IMG/VR virus record: IMGVR_UViG_3300042554_001444
Length of the DNA: 20,000 nt
Direction: 5' to 3' (one strand)
DNA from: an uncultured virus (IMG/VR IMGVR_UViG_3300042554_001444)
Taxonomy: Duplodnaviria; Heunggongvirae; Uroviricota; Caudoviricetes
Position numbers and translations under genes: made by a program. The notes under the pieces were generated by a model. That model was not told where the DNA came from and ran no database searches. It saw nothing but the letters and a program-made list of their open reading frames with translations. Below, piece by piece: positions 9,812 through 17,151 of the stretch (positions are counted from its first letter, which is position 1; each line of letters begins with the position of its first letter).

Positions 9812-10819
9812 ATGAGCAACCTACCAGTCGCAACAACCCAGCAATCGCAACCTCTCAGCGCGTTCTCTTCGGAGAACGCGTTCGTTTCAGTCCAACGCAT
9901 GGCCAAGGCCCTTGCGTCCAGCACCCTCGTTCCCGACGCCTACCGGGGCGAGGCTAACCTCGGGAACTGCATCATCGCGTTGGAACTCAGCCAGCGCATC
10001 GGCGCCTCGGTCATGGCTGTCATGCAGTCCATGGTTCCCATCCACGGCAAGCCCACGTGGTCTGCCGCGTTCCTGATCGCCACCGTCAACAGCTGCGGCC
10101 GTTTCTCTCCGATGCGTTTCCGCTGGGTCGGCAAGGAAGGTGCCGACGAGTGGGGATGCCGCGCCTACGCCGTCGAGCGCGAGGGCAACCTCGAACTGGT
10201 CGGCGCCCTGGTGACGATCGCCATGGCCAAGGCCGAGGGATGGTATTCCAAGAATGGATCTAAATGGAGGACCATGCCGGAGCAGATGCTCCAGTACCGC
10301 GCCGCTGCGTTCTGGACCCGCGCCTATGCGCCCGAGATCGCGCTTGGCATGCACACCGCCGAGGAGATCCACGACACGCCGGAGGCAAATCAGGTTGTGC
10401 AGCCGACGGTCACCACGTCCGTCGTGGACGTTACGCCGACGCCGCCTGAGCCCAAGCAGCGCCGCAAGAAGGAGCCCGAGGCCATCGCGGTTGTTGATCC
10501 GGTGTTCACTGAACCCAAGCCAGAACCGGAGCCTACCCCCACCGCGCCTGAGCCGGTGCCAGCACCTGAGCCTACGCCTGCGCCGGCAGTTCCTGAAACC
10601 CCAGCTTTGGACAAGTTCAACACCGAGACCGTTGAGGGCACACTGTTCTCCATCGGCCTCACCTACGAGCAGCTGGTCGCCATGGCCACTGAACTCAGCT
10701 GGTGGCCTAACCCCGAGGCGTACCCGACCGCCAATGACCTTCCACCTGAACTCGCCCAATGGGTGATCCGCAACCGCAGGGGCATCGCTCGTCAGGCTGC
10801 GAAGGGGGCTGCGAAGTAA
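9812..10819 (+). CDS. recT: RecT/Redbeta-like single-strand annealing recombinase with Pro/Glu-rich linker
   Basis: The N-terminal domain (LASSTLVPDAYRG..NCIIALELSQRIG..MQSMVPIHGKPTWSAAF...WRTMPEQMLQYRAAAFWTRAYAPEIALGMHTAEE) matches the phage RecT-like pattern, and an exonuclease gene follows directly. ATG 9812 is preferred over TTG 9791, which lies inside the promoter. Confidence 0.8.
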   Translation: MSNLPVATTQQSQPLSAFSSENAFVSVQRMAKALASSTLVPDAYRGEANLGNCIIALELSQRIGASVMAVMQSMVPIHGKPTWSAAFLIATVNSCGRFSPMRFRWVGKEGADEWGCRAYAVEREGNLELVGALVTIAMAKAEGWYSKNGSKWRTMPEQMLQYRAAAFWTRAYAPEIALGMHTAEEIHDTPEANQVVQPTVTTSVVDVTPTPPEPKQRRKKEPEAIAVVDPVFTEPKPEPEPTPTAPEPVPAPEPTPAPAVPETPALDKFNTETVEGTLFSIGLTYEQLVAMATELSWWPNPEAYPTANDLPPELAQWVIRNRRGIARQAAKGAAK

Positions 10820-11670
10820 TGCGAGTCAACCCAGCTTGGCGCACCGCTGAATACCGATTCGATCCACCCATGAAACTCATCCACCCCATCGACGTACACA
10901 CGTACCGCTCCCACCCCGCAATCAACGTCTCTGCGCTCAAGGCGTTCGCCCGCTCGCCGCTCCACGCTGAAGCCGGCTTCGAGGAAGAACGCGAGCCTAC
11001 CGAGGCCATGAACATCGGCTCCCTGCTGGACCACAAGGTCCTAGGCACGCCGTACCTCTACACCACCAGCCCCTACGAGGACTTCCGCACCAAGGAGGCC
11101 CGTGCGTGGCGCGACGATACCAAGGAGCGCGGCGTGACCGTGTTCTCACAGGAGGAGATCGAAACCGTCGAGCGCATGGTCGAGGCCGTTCGCGAGCACC
11201 CGGTCGCCGGCCGCCTGTTTGCCGAGCAAGGCAAGGCGCAGGTTGGAATCTTCGGCGAGTTCGAGTCCTGCGAGCGCAAAGGCCTGATCGACTGGCTCCC
11301 GTACGCAACCCCGGTGATCGTGGATCTCAAGAAGTGCCGCGATGCCAGCAGGGTCGGGTTCCGCCGGCAGATTGGCCAGCTGCGCTATGACGTGCAGGCC
11401 GCGTACTACCGTGACCTCTACCGCGACATCACCGGCGAGATCCGGGAATGGCAGTGGGTCTGTGTCGAAGACCGAGCGCCGTTTGCCGTGGCCGTGTACC
11501 AGCTGGACCGCGAGTCCTTGGAAGCCGGGTCGCGCACCTGGCAGTCGTGGCTCAGGCAATGGATGGTCTGCGAGGACACGGACTCATGGCCGGGCTACAA
11601 CGGTGATAGCACGGGAATCATCTCCAGCCCCAACTGGATCCTGAAAAATGACAGCCCCTTTGACTTCTGA
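10819..11670 (+). CDS. recE: RecE/exonuclease VIII-like PD-(D/E)XK nuclease (DUF3799-type)
   Basis: Motifs YRSHPAINVSALK, GSLLDHKVL, KGLIDWL, IVDLKK, YDVQAAYY, VEDRAPFAV and WPGY are typical of the ExoVIII C-terminal family. TAATG overlap with recT. An alternative start exists at ATG 10870. Confidence 0.85.
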   Translation: MRVNPAWRTAEYRFDPPMKLIHPIDVHTYRSHPAINVSALKAFARSPLHAEAGFEEEREPTEAMNIGSLLDHKVLGTPYLYTTSPYEDFRTKEARAWRDDTKERGVTVFSQEEIETVERMVEAVREHPVAGRLFAEQGKAQVGIFGEFESCERKGLIDWLPYATPVIVDLKKCRDASRVGFRRQIGQLRYDVQAAYYRDLYRDITGEIREWQWVCVEDRAPFAVAVYQLDRESLEAGSRTWQSWLRQWMVCEDTDSWPGYNGDSTGIISSPNWILKNDSPFDF

Positions 11671-11866
11671 CCAGATTGCTCGCCTCCTTGGGGGCGTGAT
11701 GGCCAAGCCGGTCGCCTGCAAGCGCAAGCGCCGCACGACTGTCACGCCCTCCATGGCGGCCGAGATCCGAAAAACCTACGCAAAAAACTCAACCTACACC
11801 TGGGCCGAACTCGGCAAACGATTCGGCCTTTCTAAGAGCGCAGCGCGCTCGGTTATCATCCAATGA
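11648..11866 (+). CDS. Small helix-turn-helix DNA-binding protein
   Basis: C-terminal TWAELGKRFGLSKSAARSVI has an HTH pattern. The protein is basic and has an ATGA overlap with the next gene. Confidence 0.65.
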   Translation: MTAPLTSDQIARLLGGVMAKPVACKRKRRTTVTPSMAAEIRKTYAKNSTYTWAELGKRFGLSKSAARSVIIQ

Positions 11867-12627
11867 ATGCCCTCCAAATCCGAAACACTGAATCCGTCTC
11901 CATCCAGATCGTTCCCGCCGCATTCACAATGCGACAGGATGTGCTGGATGACTCCGCCACCATTATCGCCGTCACCACGCCAGGCAACCAGCGGGCGGCC
12001 GTTGACGCTGCCCGCGCAATCGCCAGTCTGATTAAGGCCGTCGAGACATCTCGCAAAGAGGCCAAGGCGCCCGTGCTGGATCTTGGGCAGCGCATCGACG
12101 CGACTGCCAAAGAGTTCATCAAGGACGTGCTAGCAGAGGAAGCGCGACTCAAACGCCTGCTGACCGACTACGAGATCGAGCAACGCCGGCTGGCCATGGA
12201 AGCCGAACGCAAGCGCCAGGAGGAAGAGCGCAAGCTGCGCGTCGCCGAGATGGCGCGCTTGGAAGAAATTCGCAACCGAGAACAAGCCGCACGCCGTGAC
12301 GCCATGATGGCCGAGACCGAAGCTCAACGCATCGCGGCCGAACGCGCTAGGGCTTGTGCCGAGTTCGATCGCGCTGCTGCCGCTGCTGCGGCGACACGAA
12401 TCGCAGCTGCTCCGGCGCCGATCCAGCCTGTTAAGGCTGCCGGCACAGTCGTCCGAGACGAATGGAACTTTGAGGTCACCGACCTGGCCGCGTTCGCAGC
12501 TGCCCATCCCGAGTTGGTTGAGATCACAGTGAAGCGTGCTGCCGTGTTGCAGAAGATCCGGGCCGGATGTCGGCAGCTGGCTCACACCAGAATCTTCGAG
12601 GAAACCAAAGTGGGGGTCCGCGTATGA
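11863..12627 (+). CDS. Coiled-coil phage protein of recombination modules (DUF1351/Gp157-like)
   Basis: SRKEAKAPVLDLGQRIDATAKEF motif, an E/R/A-rich coiled coil, and a C-terminal WNFEVTD..HPELVEIT..KIRAG segment. ATGA overlaps at both ends. Confidence 0.6.
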   Translation: MNALQIRNTESVSIQIVPAAFTMRQDVLDDSATIIAVTTPGNQRAAVDAARAIASLIKAVETSRKEAKAPVLDLGQRIDATAKEFIKDVLAEEARLKRLLTDYEIEQRRLAMEAERKRQEEERKLRVAEMARLEEIRNREQAARRDAMMAETEAQRIAAERARACAEFDRAAAAAAATRIAAAPAPIQPVKAAGTVVRDEWNFEVTDLAAFAAAHPELVEITVKRAAVLQKIRAGCRQLAHTRIFEETKVGVRV

Positions 12628-12917
12628 ACCTCCTTGAACAAGCCCCCAATCTGGTAGCCAGAGCCGTCTCACGCGGCCTGATGTCTTACCCGCACGGCAC
12701 CCAGTTCACTACGGACGGCCGGCCCATTCCGAAGCTTTCGGAGGTACGCTACAGAAAATCGCCGCTGGAACAGTACGCCTGCCTCCGGGCATGGGAGATG
12801 TCGTTGCACGGCATCTCGAAGCAGAATATCGCAACCGTAATCCGGTGCCCGATGAATCGAATCGACCAGGTGCTGGCACACGGAAAAGAAATGCACAAGC
12901 GGAAGGAAACGAAATGA
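12624..12917 (+). CDS. Hypothetical protein (97 aa), possible C-terminal HTH
   Basis: ATGA overlap with the upstream stop. GISKQNIATVIRCPMNRIDQVL resembles an HTH. Confidence 0.65.
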   Translation: MNLLEQAPNLVARAVSRGLMSYPHGTQFTTDGRPIPKLSEVRYRKSPLEQYACLRAWEMSLHGISKQNIATVIRCPMNRIDQVLAHGKEMHKRKETK

Positions 12918-13126
12918 GCGCACCAATCAACACCGGAGGACCGGCGTTTCCTCACAAAACATCACTTGGATATTGCCACGGAATGACCCTCCGCGACTAC
13001 TTCGCGGCGGCTGCGTTGCCGCATATTGACTTTGGGACGAGGTCAGATGATGAGTATTTTGAACTCAGAGCACGGGATGCATACCTCATCGCCGACGCAA
13101 TGCTCAAAGCGAGGGAGGCGAAATGA
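12914..13126 (+). CDS. Conserved small phage protein (GGPAFP...GMTLRDYFAA family)
   Basis: MSAPINTGGPAFP...GMTLRDYFAAAAL...AYLIADAMLKARE is a widespread phage hypothetical signature. ATGA overlaps. Confidence 0.85.
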   Translation: MSAPINTGGPAFPHKTSLGYCHGMTLRDYFAAAALPHIDFGTRSDDEYFELRARDAYLIADAMLKAREAK

Positions 13127-13332
13127 CACCAGAACAACAACGTATAGCGATAGCAGCTAAGGTGCTACAGATCATGCGTGAGCAATGGATGGCCGACATT
13201 CAATCCAAAAAGATTAGGGAACAAGAAGACCGCATCAAGCGTTTGGAAGCTGCGGGGGATGCGATGGAACCATGGTGCAGCAATTGCCAAATTACTTCAA
13301 ACTGGAACAAAGCCAAGGAGGCCAAGCTGTGA
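13123..13332 (+). CDS. Hypothetical protein (69 aa), ends RIKRLE...WNKAKEAKL
   Basis: GGGAGG RBS upstream and ATGA/GTGA overlaps. Confidence 0.75.
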   Translation: MTPEQQRIAIAAKVLQIMREQWMADIQSKKIREQEDRIKRLEAAGDAMEPWCSNCQITSNWNKAKEAKL

Positions 13333-13634
13333 GTACAATCAATTCATGTCCATTCTGCGGTTCCCCGGTGAAAGATGGGTGGACCACATCTCCGTACTGG
13401 TTTATGTGCGGAACAATGACCAATGAGGAAGTCAATCGAAACGATCAAACCACTCAATGTGTCGAGGCGGAAGTTGGCGCACTGAAGCGGCACATCACGC
13501 AGCTTGAGAACGACGTACTTAGTACGAAATGGGTATGGATGATGAACTACTGCAAGACACACAGAGTTTCTCCAACTCTGGGATGGGAATCTGCAGAAAA
13601 AGCATGGCGTAAAGCCAAGGAGGCCAAGCTGTGA
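13309..13634 (+). repeat. Exact 24-bp direct repeat AAAGCCAAGGAGGCCAAGCTGTGA at 13309-13332 and 13611-13634
   Basis: Read directly from the sequence. Each copy contains AAGGAGG plus an overlapping GTG start and TGA stop. Confidence 0.95.
13329..13634 (+). CDS. Hypothetical protein (101 aa) with N-terminal CPFCG, possible Zn ribbon
   Basis: GTG start overlaps the upstream TGA, after AAGGAGG. Sequence MSTINSCPFCGSP..., ending KAKEAKL. Confidence 0.75.
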   Translation: MSTINSCPFCGSPVKDGWTTSPYWFMCGTMTNEEVNRNDQTTQCVEAEVGALKRHITQLENDVLSTKWVWMMNYCKTHRVSPTLGWESAEKAWRKAKEAKL

Positions 13635-13870
13635 ACTTTCATCTTCAGGAAATTGAATCGCTTCAGAACTCTTTGAGAGAACGTGAAAAGTACGTCACCG
13701 AACTCGAAAACCGTCTCCGCGCTCTGTGGGACAAGCTCGAAGGAGAGAGGAAGCATTACATGGAGCGCATCAAGCGGCTGGAGGAGGCTCTCCACCGCAT
13801 TGCAAACACCGACTACCGCAGCAACCGCTCAACCGAATCTCAGATCGCCTTTGAGGCGCTGAAACCATGA
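13631..13870 (+). CDS. Hypothetical coiled-coil protein (79 aa)
   Basis: GTGA overlap after AAGGAGG. Heptad-rich and contains RIKRLEE. Confidence 0.75.
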   Translation: MNFHLQEIESLQNSLREREKYVTELENRLRALWDKLEGERKHYMERIKRLEEALHRIANTDYRSNRSTESQIAFEALKP

Positions 13871-14409
13871 CCTACTCCCAATCTGGCCAGCTGCCGCACC
13901 ACCAATACTGCTACGTGGATGCCCGTTTCATCTCTAGCCGCACCGGGTTCATCCGCTGTGTCTGGTTCGGGCTGGTCTCGATTCCAGGCAGGATGTGGGG
14001 CTGCACCATCATGCTTGAATGCGGGGCTGTCTATCGGGCGGTGCCACCTCACGCGCTAGCATTCGATCCCACGCCTGCACGTGACTGGCATCCAGACCAC
14101 GCCCAACGCTGGGACTGTTACGGCCGGGAGTTCAGCACGATCGAATACACGTTCCTCCGAGGTATGGGAGTCGTCGCCAAGAATTGCGACGATGAGTTTC
14201 TTGGCGATTACCTATTCACCGCCATACCCATCGACGACGGCTTCAGCCGTCATCCCGAGCAGGCTAAGGAGTTCTGCTTCATTAAGCTGAACAACGGCCG
14301 CCTGACCATCCAGCCCACCGACAAGGTCCTGTTCTGCGACCGGTCTTTCGTCACGCCCGAGTGGCCGACGGACCTCAAAACCACCACCGAAATCTACAGC
14401 TGCGAGTGA
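13867..14409 (+). CDS. Hypothetical phage protein (180 aa, Cys/Trp-rich)
   Basis: ATGA overlap and a globular-looking sequence (CVWFGLVSIPGR...GAVYRAVPPHALAF...QRWDCYG). Confidence 0.8.
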   Translation: MTYSQSGQLPHHQYCYVDARFISSRTGFIRCVWFGLVSIPGRMWGCTIMLECGAVYRAVPPHALAFDPTPARDWHPDHAQRWDCYGREFSTIEYTFLRGMGVVAKNCDDEFLGDYLFTAIPIDDGFSRHPEQAKEFCFIKLNNGRLTIQPTDKVLFCDRSFVTPEWPTDLKTTTEIYSCE

Positions 14410-14615
14410 AGACGCCTGTACCATCCAAGCAATCCACCGTCATCCAACTGATTACCCTATCCGGTGACCGGGTTGTCGTGATCGATACCAACGATCTCAG
14501 CGACCGGTCCCGCAAGGATCTTATTGGCGTCTGCGTCTGCAACTCTCAAGATCCGGACGCGCTCCTGGCGAACCTCAGGAAGATCCCAGGCGTGCTATCA
14601 GCCACCTTCAGGTAA
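14406..14615 (+). CDS. Hypothetical protein (69 aa), ACT-fold-like C-terminus
   Basis: GTGA overlap. DALLANLRKIPGVLSATF resembles the end of an ACT/ferredoxin fold. It is the last gene before the hairpin cluster. Confidence 0.6.
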   Translation: MKTPVPSKQSTVIQLITLSGDRVVVIDTNDLSDRSRKDLIGVCVCNSQDPDALLANLRKIPGVLSATFR

Positions 14616-14691
14616 CCGACGTGGCCGGGGTGGTTTCACGTCGGCTTGGTATCGGTGCATCCCTCTCCCGGTCAGGACGCCGGGGGAGGGA
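14616..14691 (+). other. Two GC-rich stem-loops after the last plus-strand gene
   Basis: CCGACGTG/CACGTCGG (14616-14644), and TCCCTCTCCCGG/CCGGGGGAGGGA (14660-14691, 12 bp with one G-U pair on the + strand). Neither has a U-tract. Confidence 0.65.
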
Positions 14692-14698
14692 GCCCCAC

Positions 14699-14730
14699 AA
14701 AAAACCCCTGAGACCTCGCGATCCCAGGGG
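14699..14730 (-). terminator. Intrinsic terminator of the minus-strand operon
   Basis: Minus strand reads CCCCTGGGATC-GCGA-GGTCTCAGGGG-TTTTTT: an 11-bp stem with two G-U pairs, a GNRA loop and U6, about 30 nt after the HU-like stop. Confidence 0.85.
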
Positions 14731-14762
14731 CTGACAACCTAACAACTACAAGCGGTTGTACC

Positions 14763-15065
14763 CTACTTTTTCTTGCCCACAACCGCAAGTGTTTTAATCA
14801 CCCGATCGGCCAGTTCCTTCGACGGTCGGAAGTAAACCTTCGGCCGGGGTGGAATCGGGATCTCGACCGACGGGATCAGCGGGTTCCGGCCGATCATCGG
14901 CTTGGTCCACTTGACCTCAAACCGACCCACATCGGGCAGGGTGAGGTCTCCGGTCAGGATCTGCTCGATGACAACTTCCATCACGCAGTCCACGACCTGC
15001 TTCGCGTGCGGAACCAGCAAGCCGCACTCCTCGGACACCCGGCGGGCGATCTCAATTCGCTTCAA
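14763..15065 (-). CDS. HU/IHF family DNA-bending protein (100 aa)
   Basis: KRIEIARRVSEECGL...AKQVVDCVMEVVIEQILTGDLTLPDVGRFEV...GRNP...IPIPPRPKVYFRPSKELADRV fits the HU/IHF fold including the GRNP arm. TTG start at 15065 follows GGAGGGAGG. Confidence 0.9.
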   Translation of the reverse strand: MKRIEIARRVSEECGLLVPHAKQVVDCVMEVVIEQILTGDLTLPDVGRFEVKWTKPMIGRNPLIPSVEIPIPPRPKVYFRPSKELADRVIKTLAVVGKKK

Positions 15066-15249
15066 TCGAACCTCCCTCCTGCTGCTGCTGGACCAGCTGT
15101 TCAATCGCTCGCCGAGCGACCATGCCGGCGATCAGCGCCCCAGACGGCTCAGGCACGGTCCCATCGGTGGGCAGGGGCGGTTGCACGTCGATGGACAGGT
15201 GAAACCCACCATCGGCGTCCGTGATCTCAATGGTCACCTTCCGATTCAC
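15052..15249 (-). CDS. Hypothetical protein (65 aa)
   Basis: GTGA overlap with the upstream stop and GGAGGG RBS. Sequence MNRKVTIEITDADGG... Confidence 0.65.
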   Translation of the reverse strand: MNRKVTIEITDADGGFHLSIDVQPPLPTDGTVPEPSGALIAGMVARRAIEQLVQQQQEGGSIEAN

Positions 15250-15602
15250 TGGACCCTCCTTCCCTGCACCCGGGCCACGCGCTCGCTCGGCCACGGGGGC
15301 GGGGTCTGCGAGGCGCGGTTGATCGAGTCGATCAGCGCCGGATTTGTCACCGGCTGGATTAGCGGCCGCTTGATCGCCTCAGGAACCGTCGTGTTACCAC
15401 GAGGTCCGTTCACCACGACGCCTTGGATTCGGACTGTGCGCCGGGTATTGATCTCCTTCATCTGGTCACTGCGCCGCTGGCGGTCCTCATCGGTGATCGT
15501 TTTCGCTCGACCGCGACCGCGACGACCCAATGCGGATGCGGCCTGACTGACTGCTGGAGGCACCAGCGGCGCCTCATCGTTTGGTTGTGTTTCGTTCTCC
15601 AT
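15246..15602 (-). CDS. Hypothetical basic protein (118 aa), possible nucleic-acid binder
   Basis: ATG 15602 lies 14 nt after the upstream stop. Contains SQAASALGRRGRGRAKT, similar to small basic phage DNA-binding motifs. Confidence 0.65.
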   Translation of the reverse strand: MENETQPNDEAPLVPPAVSQAASALGRRGRGRAKTITDEDRQRRSDQMKEINTRRTVRIQGVVVNGPRGNTTVPEAIKRPLIQPVTNPALIDSINRASQTPPPWPSERVARVQGRRVQ

Positions 15603-15616
15603 AATCTGTTCCCGCG

Positions 15617-15991
15617 TTACTGGCGCGGATCGGTGCCACCATTCGAGGGAGCACCCATCCGAGCCCACACCCGCTTCCAATACGCCACGGTCTTGCGCCG
15701 CTTCCATCCGCTCGGGCCACCATTCCAAACCCGGGCAACGTCCTGATCGGTTACCTCCCTACCCAGGCGCTCCGTGGTGCAATAGTGCCCGGTGTAAATC
15801 TTGAACACCCCCAACGCGGCCCATCGGTTGGTCATCTCGGCCCATCGGTAGTGCGTGCCTGCGATCCGGTTCACATCCCTCACGACACAGGGACGCACCT
15901 GGAGAGCGCCAAGATCTCCGTGCCGGCCGCGGGCTAGGTCGTTGCCGCCAGATTCCACGGCGATCAAAGCAGCGAGAAGTTCAGTTTTCAT
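15617..15991 (-). CDS. Lysozyme-like/lytic transglycosylase (SLT or i-type-like) protein (124 aa)
   Basis: Catalytic-Glu motif LIAVESGG, GALQV, and ARVWNGGPSGW..T.AYWKRV are lysozyme-superfamily signatures. ATG 15991 is preferred to TTG 16093. Confidence 0.8.
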   Translation of the reverse strand: MKTELLAALIAVESGGNDLARGRHGDLGALQVRPCVVRDVNRIAGTHYRWAEMTNRWAALGVFKIYTGHYCTTERLGREVTDQDVARVWNGGPSGWKRRKTVAYWKRVWARMGAPSNGGTDPRQ

Positions 15992-16089
15992 CGGGAGTCG
16001 TGCGCGTTGGCCAGTCGCGCCCCTGGTTGGGCAGTATCGGCCCCACCCGGGCCTAGCGGAGGGGTTTCTACGGTAAGCGGTTCGTGTGG

Positions 16090-16347
16090 TCAAGGCTTGG
16101 CTTTCGCGATGGCGTCATGAGCCTGAACGAAAAGGGCCGAAGGCATATCGTCGCCATCCTCCGTTTTCATCCACCACTGGATGATTCCCTCCAACGCCGC
16201 CAGCAACTCAGGCGCGGAGACAATCAAACGAGCAGCAGCAGGGTCGAAAGTCTTCGCGTAGTGGTTACCCTGATTCGTGACAATGACGAACAGGTCGTCA
16301 ACCTGTGTGATTTTGAGGGGGTATGGTCCGGGCGTTGGTGTGCTCAT
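16090..16347 (-). CDS. Conserved small phage protein (TPGP[WY]...ARLI.SAPELLAAL family)
   Basis: MSTPTPGPY...AARLIVSAPELLAALE...AIAKA is a common phage signature. Confidence 0.85.
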   Translation of the reverse strand: MSTPTPGPYPLKITQVDDLFVIVTNQGNHYAKTFDPAAARLIVSAPELLAALEGIIQWWMKTEDGDDMPSALFVQAHDAIAKAKP

Positions 16348-16365
16348 AGGTTTGTTCCGGCTCTA

Positions 16366-16412
16366 CTGGCCAGAGAAGGCAGGCCCCGCAGGGCCGGCCG
16401 TGCTCTAATCAG
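16366..16412 (-). promoter_or_regulatory. Intergenic long hairpin D (starts at the upstream stop codon)
   Basis: Minus strand: CTGATTAGAG-CAC-GGCCGGCCC-TGCG-GGGCCTGCC-TT-CTCTGGCCAG. Confidence 0.6.
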
Positions 16413-16819
16413 TTGAACCAGCGGCTGGCGATTCCTCGCCCTAGGTTCATCCGCGCAGCCTCCCGGATCTGGTCGGCGGTGTATCGGCCACCGTCGCGCC
16501 AGTAATTCCACAGCGCCGACGCCAACGCCCGGCACGCAGCGGCGCGGTACTCGGTCGGGAAGTACTGCCCGGCGCAGTATTCCAACCGCTTTCCGTCCCA
16601 GGTGAGTCGGCCGGATTTTAGGACATCGACTAGGATGGACTCAGGCAGACCCTTCGACAGCTCCACCGCTCGCAGCAAGGCGCGCGCTTCTCGGCCGTCT
16701 CGCAGGATCCGGCGGTAGTCCTGCATGAACGCCTCCCGGCTCCCGCCGTAGTTCCGGCCGTCGATTCCGGAGCGCTGCGCCACAAATCGCGCCAGGGCTT
16801 CGAGTATCTCGGTTTTCAT
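16409..16819 (-). CDS. Hypothetical protein (136 aa)
   Basis: ATGA overlap and AGGAGGT RBS. Contains RLEYCAGQYFPTEYR. Confidence 0.8.
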   Translation of the reverse strand: MKTEILEALARFVAQRSGIDGRNYGGSREAFMQDYRRILRDGREARALLRAVELSKGLPESILVDVLKSGRLTWDGKRLEYCAGQYFPTEYRAAACRALASALWNYWRDGGRYTADQIREAARMNLGRGIASRWFN

Positions 16820-17151
16820 CGGGCCACCTCCTGCCGGGCCACCTCAACCCCGCAGTTTATCCGGTTCGCTGGGTTCAATTCCACCTGTTCAGCTAGGGCG
16901 GCTTCGGCGGCCTCCCGGGTTGCATAGGTCCCCAGGCGCATCCTGTGGACGTAATTCCGGAGCTCAAACCCTCGGCGCTCCTGGGTCCGCAGGATCTCGG
17001 CTGCGATCTCGATGTCCTGCGGGTCGATCGGCTCCGTGCCGGTGATCGTGGACGGGTGCCCGAATGCCTCTTGAGCTTCGACGGCGCGGACCAGCGTTCG
17101 GTGCCGGCTGATCTCGGCGCCGTTCTGGTTGCTGAGGATGAACCAGCTCAC
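16816..17151 (-). CDS. Hypothetical protein (111 aa)
   Basis: GTGA overlap and GAGGAGG RBS. C-terminal LGTYATREAAEAA resembles an AP2-like segment. Confidence 0.75.
   Translation of the reverse strand: MSWFILSNQNGAEISRHRTLVRAVEAQEAFGHPSTITGTEPIDPQDIEIAAEILRTQERRGFELRNYVHRMRLGTYATREAAEAALAEQVELNPANRINCGVEVARQEVAR

Noticed and set aside
11663..11675. CTTCTGACCAGAT also present on the minus strand near 19017-19029
   Set aside because: It is a single 13-bp match inside overlapping coding sequence with no hairpin here, so it is probably chance.
13123..13870. Diversity-generating retroelement (TR/VR) explanation for the repeats
   Set aside because: The repeats are short and exact with no adenine-specific mismatches, and there is no reverse transcriptase in the window.
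14616..14698. tRNA-like or riboswitch reading of the hairpin cluster (ends ...CCCCA)
   Set aside because: No cloverleaf, T-loop or anticodon arm, and no full match to a riboswitch consensus I can support.
15992..16093. N-terminal extension of the lysozyme-like ORF from TTG 16093, or a frameshift fusion driven by the pseudoknot
   Set aside because: The extension is low-complexity Arg/Pro/Gly sequence over structured DNA, the domain begins at MKTELL, and I saw no X XXY YYZ slippery heptamer at the proper spacing.
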